This document shows positions 25,001-36,700 of a stretch of 64,000 nt of DNA, piece by piece. Position numbers and translations under genes: made by a program. Under the pieces are notes generated by a model that did no database searches, was not told where the DNA came from, and saw nothing but the letters and a program-made list of their open reading frames with translations. The number at the start of each line of letters is the position of its first letter. The first letter of the stretch is position 1. The DNA is from Balanoglossus misakiensis (Eukaryota > Animalia > Hemichordata): the NCBI GenBank assembly GCA_040954595.2, contig CM082576.2:5616760-5680759 (forward strand), given 5' to 3'.

Positions 25001-28000
25001 AGTCGGCCAAACGGATGTCCATGTTTAAAGGTGTTTAAATAGGATGTTAGTCCAGTCTAAAATATTAGGTGGGCTATAATTGTAGCATGGATCATACATT
25101 ACACTGTTCCTTGCCCCAGTTTGAGCTGACAATGCTAATGCGTTAGCATAGGTCTGATCTGAGTCAGGCATTCAATGACTTCATTAAAATGGATTGGGAC
25201 AATATCTTGAACCACCCAGAGTGGATCAGTTTATCCCCAATTGGATCGGAGCCAGAAGACTAGGGGAGGTTAGTAAAACTTAATGTGAACACTCGTAAAT
25301 GTTGAAACCAAGTATCCCATCAGTGGCTGGCAAGACAGACCAGGCAATCTTTATGTGGTGTGGGTAATGTGGCCTGTGTATCTCCAAAGATACAGTACAC
25401 CCCACAGGTCGTACTTTTCCGGAACTACAATTTTTATTGAGTCACCACTCGGATGTCTAACAAGTGTTCGGTACCCGTCTTCCACACTGAAATAAAATGA
25501 CTATACTGCTGATTAATTCTGACATTTTTTTAGCTAGTCTTGTGTCATGACCAAAGTTGTTTGCAATTCTGTCTGGACAAATGTTGGCTAAACACATATA
25601 TTGATACAGTAAATACTGCTGCATTTTACGTGCTTTACGGAATCAAACAAGTTGCCACAGTTTATAAACAGAACAGAAAATCTGAAAACTTAGTTTAGAA
25701 AATTACAGCTAATATTTGAGTAGTTACATGTAATGCCAGTCCAAGGGATACGGTTGCAATCGCAGAAGCAATTGCTCCTCAAGTCAAGAGAAGTCAGAGA
25801 CTGAATGTTCATGACTGAATATCAGATAGACATGCTTGGTGCTTGTCAGTGATAGTCTTCGTAAATTCCAGTCATTTTTTCACATCAGTAAAATTGCGTT
25901 TCTTAAAAGGCCAAAGGTAGGTTGAAGTTTACTGTACAAAACTGTCTTGCTAAAAACACAGTGAAGCTAAAAACCTTCTTTAGTTATTTCACCGTATATT
26001 TAGAATGGTAATTTTATAGCCCAAGCTGACATCGGAGTCCTCAGTTCCTTCGTATTTTCCGTTAAACCCGGTTAAGGAAGTGGGTGAAACAGTGATCCCA
26101 GTCAATCACAACACTCTAGAAGTGGGCCGTGAGATTTTATTTTGTGACGCCATCGTCTGCTCTGAGACTAAACTCAGTCTACATCTATGTATCTTATTAG
26201 CAAATTTTGCAGCGCTATAACTGGCGCCCTGACGTTGGAGAAAGCAAACAATTTAGAGAAACATATCAGATTGTATAAATTATTTTTAAGTTGACATTTC
26301 AGACTGTAAACAGATTTTTTCTTTGGCGTAGAAGTTGATAGCTCGGGGGAGAGTGGGGGAAAGCTCATGAGAGAATGAGAGATGGGCATGGAGATACAAA
26401 GATGCTCAATCATTCTGGTCTGCACACATTTTGTCTGCCTACACATCACTGTCGTACAGGAAGAATGAATTTCGACTCTCTAGATCATGTTTACAGCATG
26501 ATTTATTTCTCTAGGTTATAAAAATCAAGAAAAAATTACAAAATACAGTATGTTTCCAAAAAAGTATTTGAATATCACAGCAGAGTTTAAGTAGCCTATG
26601 ACCAAAAGTGCGCCTGTATGGTTCAGAGAACTGCTGACCTACTAACTCTGATTTCAACTTCAAGTGTACTCACCAAGTGTACAGTTTCGGGAATAAAATA
26701 AACATTTTTTTCCAGTTTACTGACTTCCCCAACTTTATCGTCTCAACGTAGATATTGACCATGATACAAAAATAAACACATAAACAGTAATGTACAATAC
26801 ATATACTGACCTACATACCAGTACTTATCATAGGCAGTGTGCAGAAACATTGACACGAACACACAAATTTCCATGACAAGTTTACTTCACTGTATGAACT
26901 AACATTGTCGACGCAGAGTTTAGGCCAGGTCTAAGTAACAGGTGTTTTTTTTTTAATCTTTGAAAATAAAAACTCTATGAAAGTTCAGAAAAACAGAGTT
27001 TCTCAGTCTACATTCAAATACCTTTACTTGCATTGAAATCTGGGAAAATTGGCAAAAAGGAAACATTTGTCAGATAGCTTTCATGCATATAAAGAAGGGG
27101 GATTTAAAGACATGGTTTTGACCTACTTAGAAAATTGTTCAGGTGTATTGAAATGCGATGGAGTTGAGCAGGAGGATGAGCCCATCATCCGTTTCCATGA
27201 CACCGCATGACACACCTCGTTGTCCATACATGTCCAAGACTTGGTGTACCAGAAACTGCATTCCATCAAGCTTGTAAACAACAGAGTCAACCGATTGGAA
27301 GGGGCCGTCTTGGAAGTTTGCCATGGTCAGAAACTGATCGCCGTTTATCGTAAAAGCGCAGGCCATTTGTGGATCTTTGGAGGTTAGCACTTGGTGCAGT
27401 TCAAACTTCTCGGTCGTTGTGTTCCAAACATAAACCGGCGACCCGGACAGCTGTGATGTTCCGTAGTGCAAGACATCGACCAGGAACAGGTTTCCCTGGT
27501 GACGCATGGTCGTCATGGTTTGGGATTCTCCCAGAACGGGAAGTGTCTGGTAGTGCTCAAAAGATGTGCCGAAGATGTTCAGCTTGTAAACCTCGGAGTT
27601 GCCACCGTAATTTTTTCCGAGTGGACTCAGCGAAGCCCCGTTGGCAAAGCCGAGGAAGACACTCCCTTGCCAGGTAAAAAATGTTGCATCATTTGCGGCG
27701 TTCGTTGGAATATCTTGGAAATGGACAAAGCTGTGGCCGTTCCACCTGTAGATAACACTGTCTGTGTCGTATGTTGTACCAGTTGCTGCCAAATCTCTGT
27801 GATTAGCCAATGCAAGAAAGTATTTTTTCCCGTTGATCGTGTCAGCTTCTGTGAATGCCCAACCGTATGGATTCTTGGTTTGCTTTGATATGACTTGAAA
27901 CTTTTGGAATTCAGAGCCACTCCACTTATAAAGCCATTGTAAACCGGTTTTTGTGTCGTAGGCAACCCTCAGAGCCACAGCCAGGAAATGTTCATTGTTT

Positions 28001-31000
28001 ATTTCCAGATATTCTATAGCAAGCACTGCTGAGTCAACTGTGATCATTTGAACCAGAATGAACTCGTCAAAGTACTGATAAATTTCACAGGCTCCCCGAA
28101 CTACCATGGCAACATATTTTGTGTCTGATATTTCAAAAGTTGCAATATCGTTCGCCTGTGATGCTGATATGTTCCGAAATGGTACAAACCGGCCAATGAA
28201 GTCATGCTTTGGTTTGCAACACGTCGGTGTGTCCTTAAGGTCGTCAAGCTGCGTTTGGAGTTTGTGGATTCTGTGCTGCTGCAGGGAGTTGAAGTCTTCC
28301 ATCTGATCAATTTGCTGCTGCTGTTCTTGCAGATGTTGCTGCAATGCCTCCAGGCTGTGTTGCTGTTCGCCCAACCGCTGCTGCAGCAGTTGGACCACCT
28401 GTCCAGTCCCCAGAATATCTACGATGGTATTCTTGAGCTTGGGGCAGGTTTCGTCTTCTCGCCGTGGCGAGGCAAAGGTGTACGTGCAGACGTTGTCACG
28501 GAAACAGTGGACAATGTTGTTGGCGCATTCCTCATCTTCGTGGGTCAGATACTGCGGTGAGACTGCATCGGCGTGACAGAGGAGAAAAACACACAAGATC
28601 ACCAGTGGATACATCTTCCTGTTATGCTGTGTAGCATTCATCATCAGAATGACTGTCAACCTCGCCTAAAATCTCTCTCTCAATCCCCCCAGCAAACTGC
28701 CCAGGCTCTGGAAGAAATGACGGTTCCAAATATTGTGACTGACTTGTCACAGTCCGTGGGAGATTTATAGACCTCCCAAGCTTAGATAAAGGTCCTGGGT
28801 AATTACTCACACTGACCCAATCCAAGCCATGGGCCTGTTAGTTGAAGCAAATTGTGATACGTGGAACCCAATCAGCAAACAAGTAGCGCTGCCTTTATTG
28901 CATATCATGTGATCGTCATTTCAACAGAAAATGTGTGTAGGCACTTCTCGGAGCTTGCTTGCTAAAACAGGATGTCTCCCAAGAAGGAACTGAGAAATAT
29001 GCACGTAAAATGTGATATTAAATCAATATTGTAAACGGTGAAACGTCCATAAAAGAAAGATAATTGTTTCCCCGCATAGCACATACACGGTACATGGAAT
29101 TTTATTGTCTTGGAACGTCTCCACAATCCCAAACTTGCAGATCATTGTACCACAGTGTCACCATGTATAGGTTACACTCTGCTAAATCATTTCTAATGCC
29201 AGGAAGGCCGTAAATTTGTTCAGTGAATAAAAAAGATATATTTCCATGTACTTTATGAATTTTATTGCAGTTCTCTCACTACCCCTCGGGGCTTGACACC
29301 GTTGTCACCCTGGTGAAGTAACTGTAACATAAAACTGGGAAGTTGTTATAGTCAGCTAGCAGTCGAGAAAATTGTTTTTAAAGATGTCAAAATTTTGAAT
29401 GATGGCAAGTACTGACAATCTATGATTTGTGTCGATGACTTTTGAAAAATTGCGTTTTCGGAATTTTTTGAAGACGATCGTTTCCGTGACAAGCTGCTTA
29501 TGTTGACTTCACTGAGTGGTCCCCAGTGAATGGGATCTCCTCCATCAACTCAACAGTTCTGTTGAAATAATTTTTAATGAAATATCAGCCACTGAATTGC
29601 TTTAACAGCTGCCGACAGTGTAGTTTCAGAAATCCCTTAACTTTATGCATGTTTATGTGAAATGAAGACATAAATAACTCCCGTGCCATTGTAAAATAAT
29701 TATCGTTCATCGCAGACCACATTAATGTCTGAAGACGTGCAAGATGTGCTGAAGTATGTTAGAAGTTACTAGTACTTGGAATTAACAGTCATGCATCAGT
29801 CACATGACTATGTAAAGTGTCCATTGCAGACATCTATTTGCCCCTTGAAAGATACATATGATTAGAAATAATGCCGGTTCATGTACTGAGAGTGTGGGTG
29901 TTTGTGAAATGCCTGATGGAAGTGTCATAGCCAACAGAAACATCGATCTTATGACAGTGAAGAATAGCACCACTGCATGTTTGTGTCATTGTTTATCAAG
30001 TTATTTTTATTTTCTCTGTGCGAAACAGTTAAACAATTTGTGCAGTACCTGTAGTAAGCGTTCGCTGTGGTCAATCCTGACACTTATTTCACTGATTTTA
30101 TTTCTGGTTCTCTTCAGCTGTCAGAAACACACAGTTCCTTGGTGTGGTCAACCACTCATGATGAAGCCAAGAAGTTGCTGCTCTTACCAGAGGATCAGTT
30201 TGTAGATGCCGTCAACCATGCCTTTGTGAGTGATAAGTTTTCAGTCAGCAGGGGGTGTGTCAACCTATATCCTTCACCTTTTCACAGAAACAAAGCTCAC
30301 TGATATATGTTCAGTTAACTGGTGCTGGGCTCAACTTTTAACCTCTCCCCCCCCCCCAAAGTATTTCAGTACAAAAGGGAATCGAATTGTGAATTGAATT
30401 GGATATGTGATATGATTTATTTTCAGACTCAACACCTGTGTTGACAGATACAATCTAGCCAATTGGTCTTTCTACTCTAATGCACTCCGGCTACGACCAC
30501 CACTGCATATCATTTGTCATTTTGCAAGACACATATTTTAAACTAAAGCCGATAGCACCACTTAAGTTTATTCTAGTGTTGTTATACAGACCATTTCAGT
30601 AACCTGTCATCTCTTTAAAATACATTATGGTAGCAAGAGCATGTGAAGGTTTCAGATTTAATAAATGTCATAGTCTTGTGTGAACATAATCTTTTCTGGG
30701 GCTCTAATATATTTGAAGAATTTCTCTTTCAGTGGCAAGAAAGTGAAAGGCACCCAATTGTGGAGCGTGCTGGAGAGTTGATGGAGAATGCGCTAGCGAC
30801 ACTCATGCCTTCCACCGGTGGGTCGTCGGTCAGACAGCTGCCACCAAGTGTCATAGCGGTCAGTGAGGACAACCGAGCTATGTTCCCACTTAGTCTCGGA
30901 CACACTTCACGTTATGTCAAATCCAGACTGGCTCTCATTGGGTGAGGTGGTTTCCCTTGTTCCCCAGTATGTGTTTGGTTTATAATTCCAACAAGGGATA

Positions 31001-32373
31001 TGCCAATTCTGAGTGGATGGTAGTATTAGTATTGGAAAGGGCCAATGTTATTTCTGTTTCTCAATAGGAATTTATTCTTACAACCCAGCAGCCATTTAAG
31101 ACTCCCAGCATATTGTTCTCATCAGATCAAAAACCACAAATGTTCTAACAGTATTTGTCTCCGCTGAAGTTATTCTTGACAACTTGAATGTGGTGTCATA
31201 TTTTTGTGTTTGTAGTGATTCTGCCCACAGAGTTCATCCATTGGCTGGCCTTGGCGTCAACCTTGGCTTTGGTGACGTGGTCTGTCTTAGAGATGTACTT
31301 GTTGAAGCCATTCAGAATGGTCAAGATTTAGGTGAGATTTTTGCATTTTGACCCTAAATGAACTTTGCACACCCCATTTTAGACCACACTGATGAAAATC
31401 TGGGTCTCAAAGAGTCGAATATATACGTTTTGGCAACACCTGAGTAGAGACAGTACCTACTGAAGGCTTTATCATTACCAGAACTGCACATAATAGTTTT
31501 CTCAAAAATCACACACTGTTGTCTAATTTAACACCGCACAGGGGACAAGAAACTGACTCAGTCACGTGAAAAGATCATTATAACTGTGTGCATGTGATTC
31601 AATAAAATGTTTATGATATTGGAGAGGTCATATGTCACCCCCCTCTGGCCAAAAACACCCTGAAGATTGGGCTTCAGGATTTACTGGGTCAGACAATTAT
31701 TTTTACACCAAGCAGGCCGTGTGGTGTCACGGTGGAGTGATGATGAACGAGTTCTCAGCTCTTTGCGTTCCCTCCACGACTAACCTAGAATTTGACCCTT
31801 CAAACTGGCATGTCATTTGGGGATGTAGTAAAAATGGCACATTGTTTAGGATTGGCACCGTGCCACCAACATAAATCACGGCAGCTTTACATGCTCTGAC
31901 ATCAAACTTTCTCTGTGTAACATCACTTCTGTGTTTACACCGACAGACACAAAATAGGTTCCAAAGTTGATATTTCCGGATCAGCTTCCATCACAACATT
32001 CTTATTTTATTTTCATTCATAACCTGAGATTGTATGACACACAGCATGTGCTGAAATAAGTTATTGTAAAAGTAATGATAGGAATGTTGCCATGGAAATG
32101 ACCTGAACTTGAACACCCAGGTATTCGCCCTTGCATGTTCTGTAAACCTGATTTTGATTGGTCTTTTCCTTGCCAGGTGCACTTCAGCATCTATTGCAAT
32201 ACGAGACGAAACGGCAACAGCACGTTATCCCGATCATGGCCACCATTGACGCATTGAAGAGACTGTTTTCCACCGATGCTGTGCCTGTGGTTTTGGCGCG
32301 AAGTCTTGGATTACAAGCCACGAATGCACTCAAGCCAGTGAAGGATTTTTTCGTTCAGAGGGCATCCCAGTGA
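21259..32373 (+). CDS. COQ6: Ubiquinone biosynthesis monooxygenase COQ6, mitochondrial (8 exons)
   Basis: Exons 21259-21445, 22031-22168, 22542-22966, 23621-23683, 30118-30225, 30733-30941, 31216-31331, 32177-32373 splice in frame. Shows an Arg/Ser-rich presequence, [30 protein letters not shown] and [21 protein letters not shown]. Confidence 0.95.
21548..21999. repeat. Compound trinucleotide microsatellite (GAT)n/(GGT)n in COQ6 intron 1
   Basis: About 450 bp of alternating GAT and GGT blocks, read directly from the sequence. Confidence 0.98.
27139..28614 (-). CDS. Intronless secreted protein: signal peptide, Cys motif, coiled coil, ~7 EAR/EPTP repeats (TSPEAR/LGI-type beta-propeller); nested in COQ6 intron 4
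   Basis: Uninterrupted ORF of ~491 aa from ATG 28614. [17 protein letters not shown] signal peptide, CTYTFASP...CP motif, Gln/Leu heptads, then repeats such as [20 protein letters not shown] and [21 protein letters not shown] on the minus strand at ~28764-28769. Confidence 0.85.
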   Translation of the reverse strand: MYPLVILCVFLLCHADAVSPQYLTHEDEECANNIVHCFRDNVCTYTFASPRREDETCPKLKNTIVDILGTGQVVQLLQQRLGEQQHSLEALQQHLQEQQQQIDQMEDFNSLQQHRIHKLQTQLDDLKDTPTCCKPKHDFIGRFVPFRNISASQANDIATFEISDTKYVAMVVRGACEIYQYFDEFILVQMITVDSAVLAIEYLEINNEHFLAVALRVAYDTKTGLQWLYKWSGSEFQKFQVISKQTKNPYGWAFTEADTINGKKYFLALANHRDLAATGTTYDTDSVIYRWNGHSFVHFQDIPTNAANDATFFTWQGSVFLGFANGASLSPLGKNYGGNSEVYKLNIFGTSFEHYQTLPVLGESQTMTTMRHQGNLFLVDVLHYGTSQLSGSPVYVWNTTTEKFELHQVLTSKDPQMACAFTINGDQFLTMANFQDGPFQSVDSVVYKLDGMQFLVHQVLDMYGQRGVSCGVMETDDGLILLLNSIAFQYT

Positions 32374-33773
32374 AGATAACAGGAAACTTGGTGTCACCCG
32401 TAGAGCTAAATTTAGCGACACTGTTACGGATAGGAACGCTAGTTTATATACGTGGCACATTATTCAGGCTGCTGCGATATTTCCCGTCACAAAGGTGCCA
32501 CATACACAGGAAGTGGATTGAAAATCCAAACTAACAAAAGTCCTGTGAAGACTACCCGTACATGGAAATATAAATTCACAGAGTATGTCTGCTCTTAGGG
32601 TTTTCCTAAATGTGTATACTGGAGAAATTTGGATGTGCTTAGCCTTTTTGTAGTGTACACCAGGGGTTAGTACACTTTAAAAATTAGTTTTGCAATTTAC
32701 CACTTATTGAAGCAGGAGCAAATTTGACTTTCATTTATAATTTGATGAACTGCAAGTTGCATTCAAGCAGCAATTATGGTTCTGAGTTCATCTGTGAAGA
32801 CTCTACTCAAATAGAAAGGACTAGTTTAAGACTGGCTGATCTACCATTCACAAGTGTTGAATTGCCAGTCATTTGCAGTTGTGAAAACTTTGTTGACCTC
32901 AATAAAACAAAGTATTTTGGTTTGCAATAACTTCTCTCAAGGGTGCTTTCCTTATAGTGAATTGCAGAAAAACAAATGTTACGATTGAGCATTCAGGACC
33001 GGTAGTAACAGTATAAAAAGTCATTTCGTAGATCCTACACGGTCAAATAATGTCAGATTGCAGACTTTTGCGTATCTTTGGTCCACCAGCAGTCTACTGC
33101 CAGGCCAGACACTGCAACCGTGCAACGTATTTTCAAGGATTGCACCACCCTTGTTCTGGAAACTAGAAAACCACGTCAGCTGGCCAGTCAGTTAACATAC
33201 ACTATGTTGGGCAGACAGGGGTCTATCATAAGGCTTGACTCAATCTATTAAAACATCCTGTGTTTTGATTGCAACTTCCAGAACCGATAAAATTTTGCAG
33301 TTGTAGGTGGCTTGGTCAGGTGGCGATTGAGATACACAGTACAACACACTTGCAAAATGTTTACATCAAACGATCAAGGCAAATAACCAGGGGACTAGTC
33401 TAGAATCTCAAATAACTAACACCACAAGAGTCTTGTAAATGAAAAAGATTTATTACATTTTATACACAAAATTGCAAAAAAAAAAATCTTACAGCTAAGT
33501 TTAGGAGTGCCAGACACACATCAGTGTTGGATACAGCAAAAAAGTCCACAGAGACCTTTGTCCTTGAAGCATTTTAAGTATGCTACTATATAAATACATC
33601 ATATTTAGATTTGCCTCGTTCAATAGTGTTACACATAATAAAGTACAACGGGCACAGGACTGGAACACAACATCTGAGCCACCAATTCCCAGCATTCTGC
33701 ACGGAATGACACTTCTGGCATGGAAAGCCTGGAGAACTACAAACTAATACTAGTTGGAGAGTTCTTATGTCGT

Positions 33774-36700
33774 CTATCTACCAGCTGTTGCCACCTGTGG
33801 ACAAAATTGAAACCAATTTTAGTTTTATTGTTTTACAAAATGACGGTATCACATGCACAGAAATATTGGAGTAAACCTCAGAAATTATAAGCAAGAGACA
33901 ACTTACAATATCATCAATCTTCATGATACTTCGGACACACTCTGAAGCAAGTTCAATACAACTTGTAGAGACCAGCAATGGTTGGACAACATTCTCCTCC
34001 AGAATGTTTGTGATGCAACCCTGAAAAAAAACCCATCACAATGTTACAAAACTTTTTAATATCTTTGTCAAATCAGTTATAGATTTTTTTTTGGATAGTT
34101 TGACATTTTTTCAGGACCCTTTTTCATCCTTTATTTACAACATTAATTTACCAACACACCTTTCTGACATTGATTCCAGCAGTCTTCTCTCCCTGAGCAT
34201 GTCTGTTGCGTAGTTCCGTCACAACCGATATTGGGTTGAGACCGGCGTTCTCAGCCAGAGTTGAAGGGATGACTTCCATGGCCTCTGCAAACGCTCGGAA
34301 GCAGTAACCCTCCATCCCAGTCAGTGACCTGGCGTGCTCCATCAGACGCAGGGCAACTTCAATTTCTGGGGCACCGCCACCAGCAATCAACGCCCTTGTG
34401 ATAAAAACAGAATGATGATAAAAATTAAAGTGCAATGCTCCGTGGCAGGTTTTCAATCATTCTCGATTGCCAACAGACCAGGGTCAAGGGTCGATGAGTT
34501 ATAGGTGTGTTACAGCTGGGCCATGAACTATTGGGTATATATCTGGTGTATTAACTACCTATTACATTGGATGTGGTGTTGGTCGTCAAGATGTAATCTG
34601 CAGTAATCGTCTATTGACAAGCATCTGGATGCAATCAAAGACCCATGCATTGAGTTTTAAATGGTTCTCATCAAGCAATTAAAGTCTGGGTCTTGCCACG
34701 CAAGTAGGTCAAATCACTAAAAAGTCTTTCTGCTGACATTAGAAAAAGAAGTGTAGCACTGCTTACTTCTTTTTCACCAGACATCTGATGACGCACAGTG
34801 CATCATGAATTGATCTGTCAGCCTCTTCAATGACCAGTTTGTTAGAACCCCTGACTAGAACAGAAACAGTCTTGCCAGCATTGGTTGCCCCAGTCATCTG
34901 TACAGAAAAATGGTGAAAAAAGCGATACTTAGATTTCAAGATACTGTAGGGAAGAGCGCCCCCAAACTCCATTTACATCTTGTAGCACGTTTCAATTGCA
35001 GTGACATAAAACAACAATTGATTACCTTGACTATTTTCCCAGTTCCAGCCGATACCTCCTCAACAAGCTCAGCTGTTGCTAGATGTTCTGGTACGAAGTG
35101 GTCAATGCTTGCAATTGGACGACATCCAAGACTCTAGGAGAGGGAAAAAAGAAAATCTGTTAATTTGAATCTATTCATATTCACTTGGCACCCATTATGT
35201 GCTCTTATATTACTTATGGCTCATGGAGTTACGTCTATGAATAACTGCATTGAAATATTTCGATGGTTTGCATGTCCTCAGGAAAAATGGGTTCGTAAGG
35301 AGTTATCCTCAACAAGATCAGAAGAGGGAGTCCTATTTGTCATCATTGGACATGCAAACTGCAATGTAGATGCATGTACTGCCACACTAACTGACCTTGC
35401 AAATGAATTCTATTTCATCCCTTTCGATGTCCTTTACAACCATTATCTTCATCTTAGCTAGGAAATGTAGTGCAAGATCATTCACAGCATCTCTGCATAA
35501 CAGGACAAAAAAGATAAGCTTGGTATCAATATTGCTTCAACTAACTTCCTCGGGATATAACAACTTGATCATATATTAAGATTCAGTGGGGGTAACAGAT
35601 TGATAAATCATACTGCTCTCAAAAATAAATATTACTTACCTCAAAATTGATTTCTGGATTAGTAAGACATTGCAACCAGCCTTTTTAATTTGTTTTACTA
35701 GATTTAAAATGTACTGTCTTTCTTCTCGTAAAACTCTATCCATCTGTGCATAATCTGATACAACAACTTGATTTTCCATCTATGAGAGAAAAAATACAAA
35801 CAGAAATCAGAGTTTATTTCCATTATCATCAGTGCTACAATTGCGAACATCTATCATGTTGAAGTAAATTTATGTTTTTGTCCTGCAGTGCCCAAATACA
35901 TGGTGAACAGTTCCATCACATCATAAGTTTCCAAGATATGGCATAGTATTAACCTTCGAGCACGCTTGTTTTGTTCAGTGCAAAAAAATTAGGGAGTACT
36001 TACATCTGTCTTTGGTGGAGATAAACAAAACTGTATCAATGCTATCTTTGCCTTTTCAATCTTGTGCACACCAGCACCGGCTAACTTCTGAGTGAAAACT
36101 ACTCCATCTACCAGTTCAGTGTCTTCAATGGTACCCCTGTAAAAACACGTACATTTACAATGTTGAATCTCTGCAAATGCTCTTGTGAAAATCAAAAACA
36201 TACAGCTCGGGTTCAGCAAAACTTGGCATGTCCTCAGGAAAAATGGGTTCGTAAGGAGTTATCCTCAACAAGATCAGAAGAGGGAGTCCTATTTGTCATC
36301 ACTGGACATGGAAATACAAAATTCGAATTGAATCATCCAACCGTTGACTATTAGCAGTGTTTGAATGGAATTCCAAAATACCTATGTATCAAGCAACTCA
36401 TCAAACCTCTGCGTTGAAAGTGAGAATACGCCAGGAAAGCTTACCCTAGTTTCTTGGTAATTTTGATATCTCTGAGGTCGACATTTTCTGCAGTGGCTGG
36501 GTCAATGACTCTTAGTACAGCGTCCACAGCAATTGGAGCCAACAAATTGGAATGTTGTGATACAACCTGTTGGAGAATGATATCAAAATAAGATGCAAGC
36601 TCTCAAGTCACTTTCTGCTCAATTGTTTTCAAGAGACTTCATCCCTCTCCGCAACTTGTGTTCAATATCTCAAGAGTCTCCCCCGCCCCCTACATGAATT

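Noticed and set aside
27369-28770. Several plus-strand ORFs opposite the EAR-repeat gene
   Set aside because: Antisense shadows of the long coding sequence.
35266-36310. 84-bp direct repeat as a CRISPR, LTR or duplicated exon (ORFs containing [20 protein letters not shown])
   Set aside because: Only two copies, in introns of a eukaryotic gene. C/D boxes, terminal stems and rRNA complementarity explain it as a snoRNA, and the peptide is antisense read-through.
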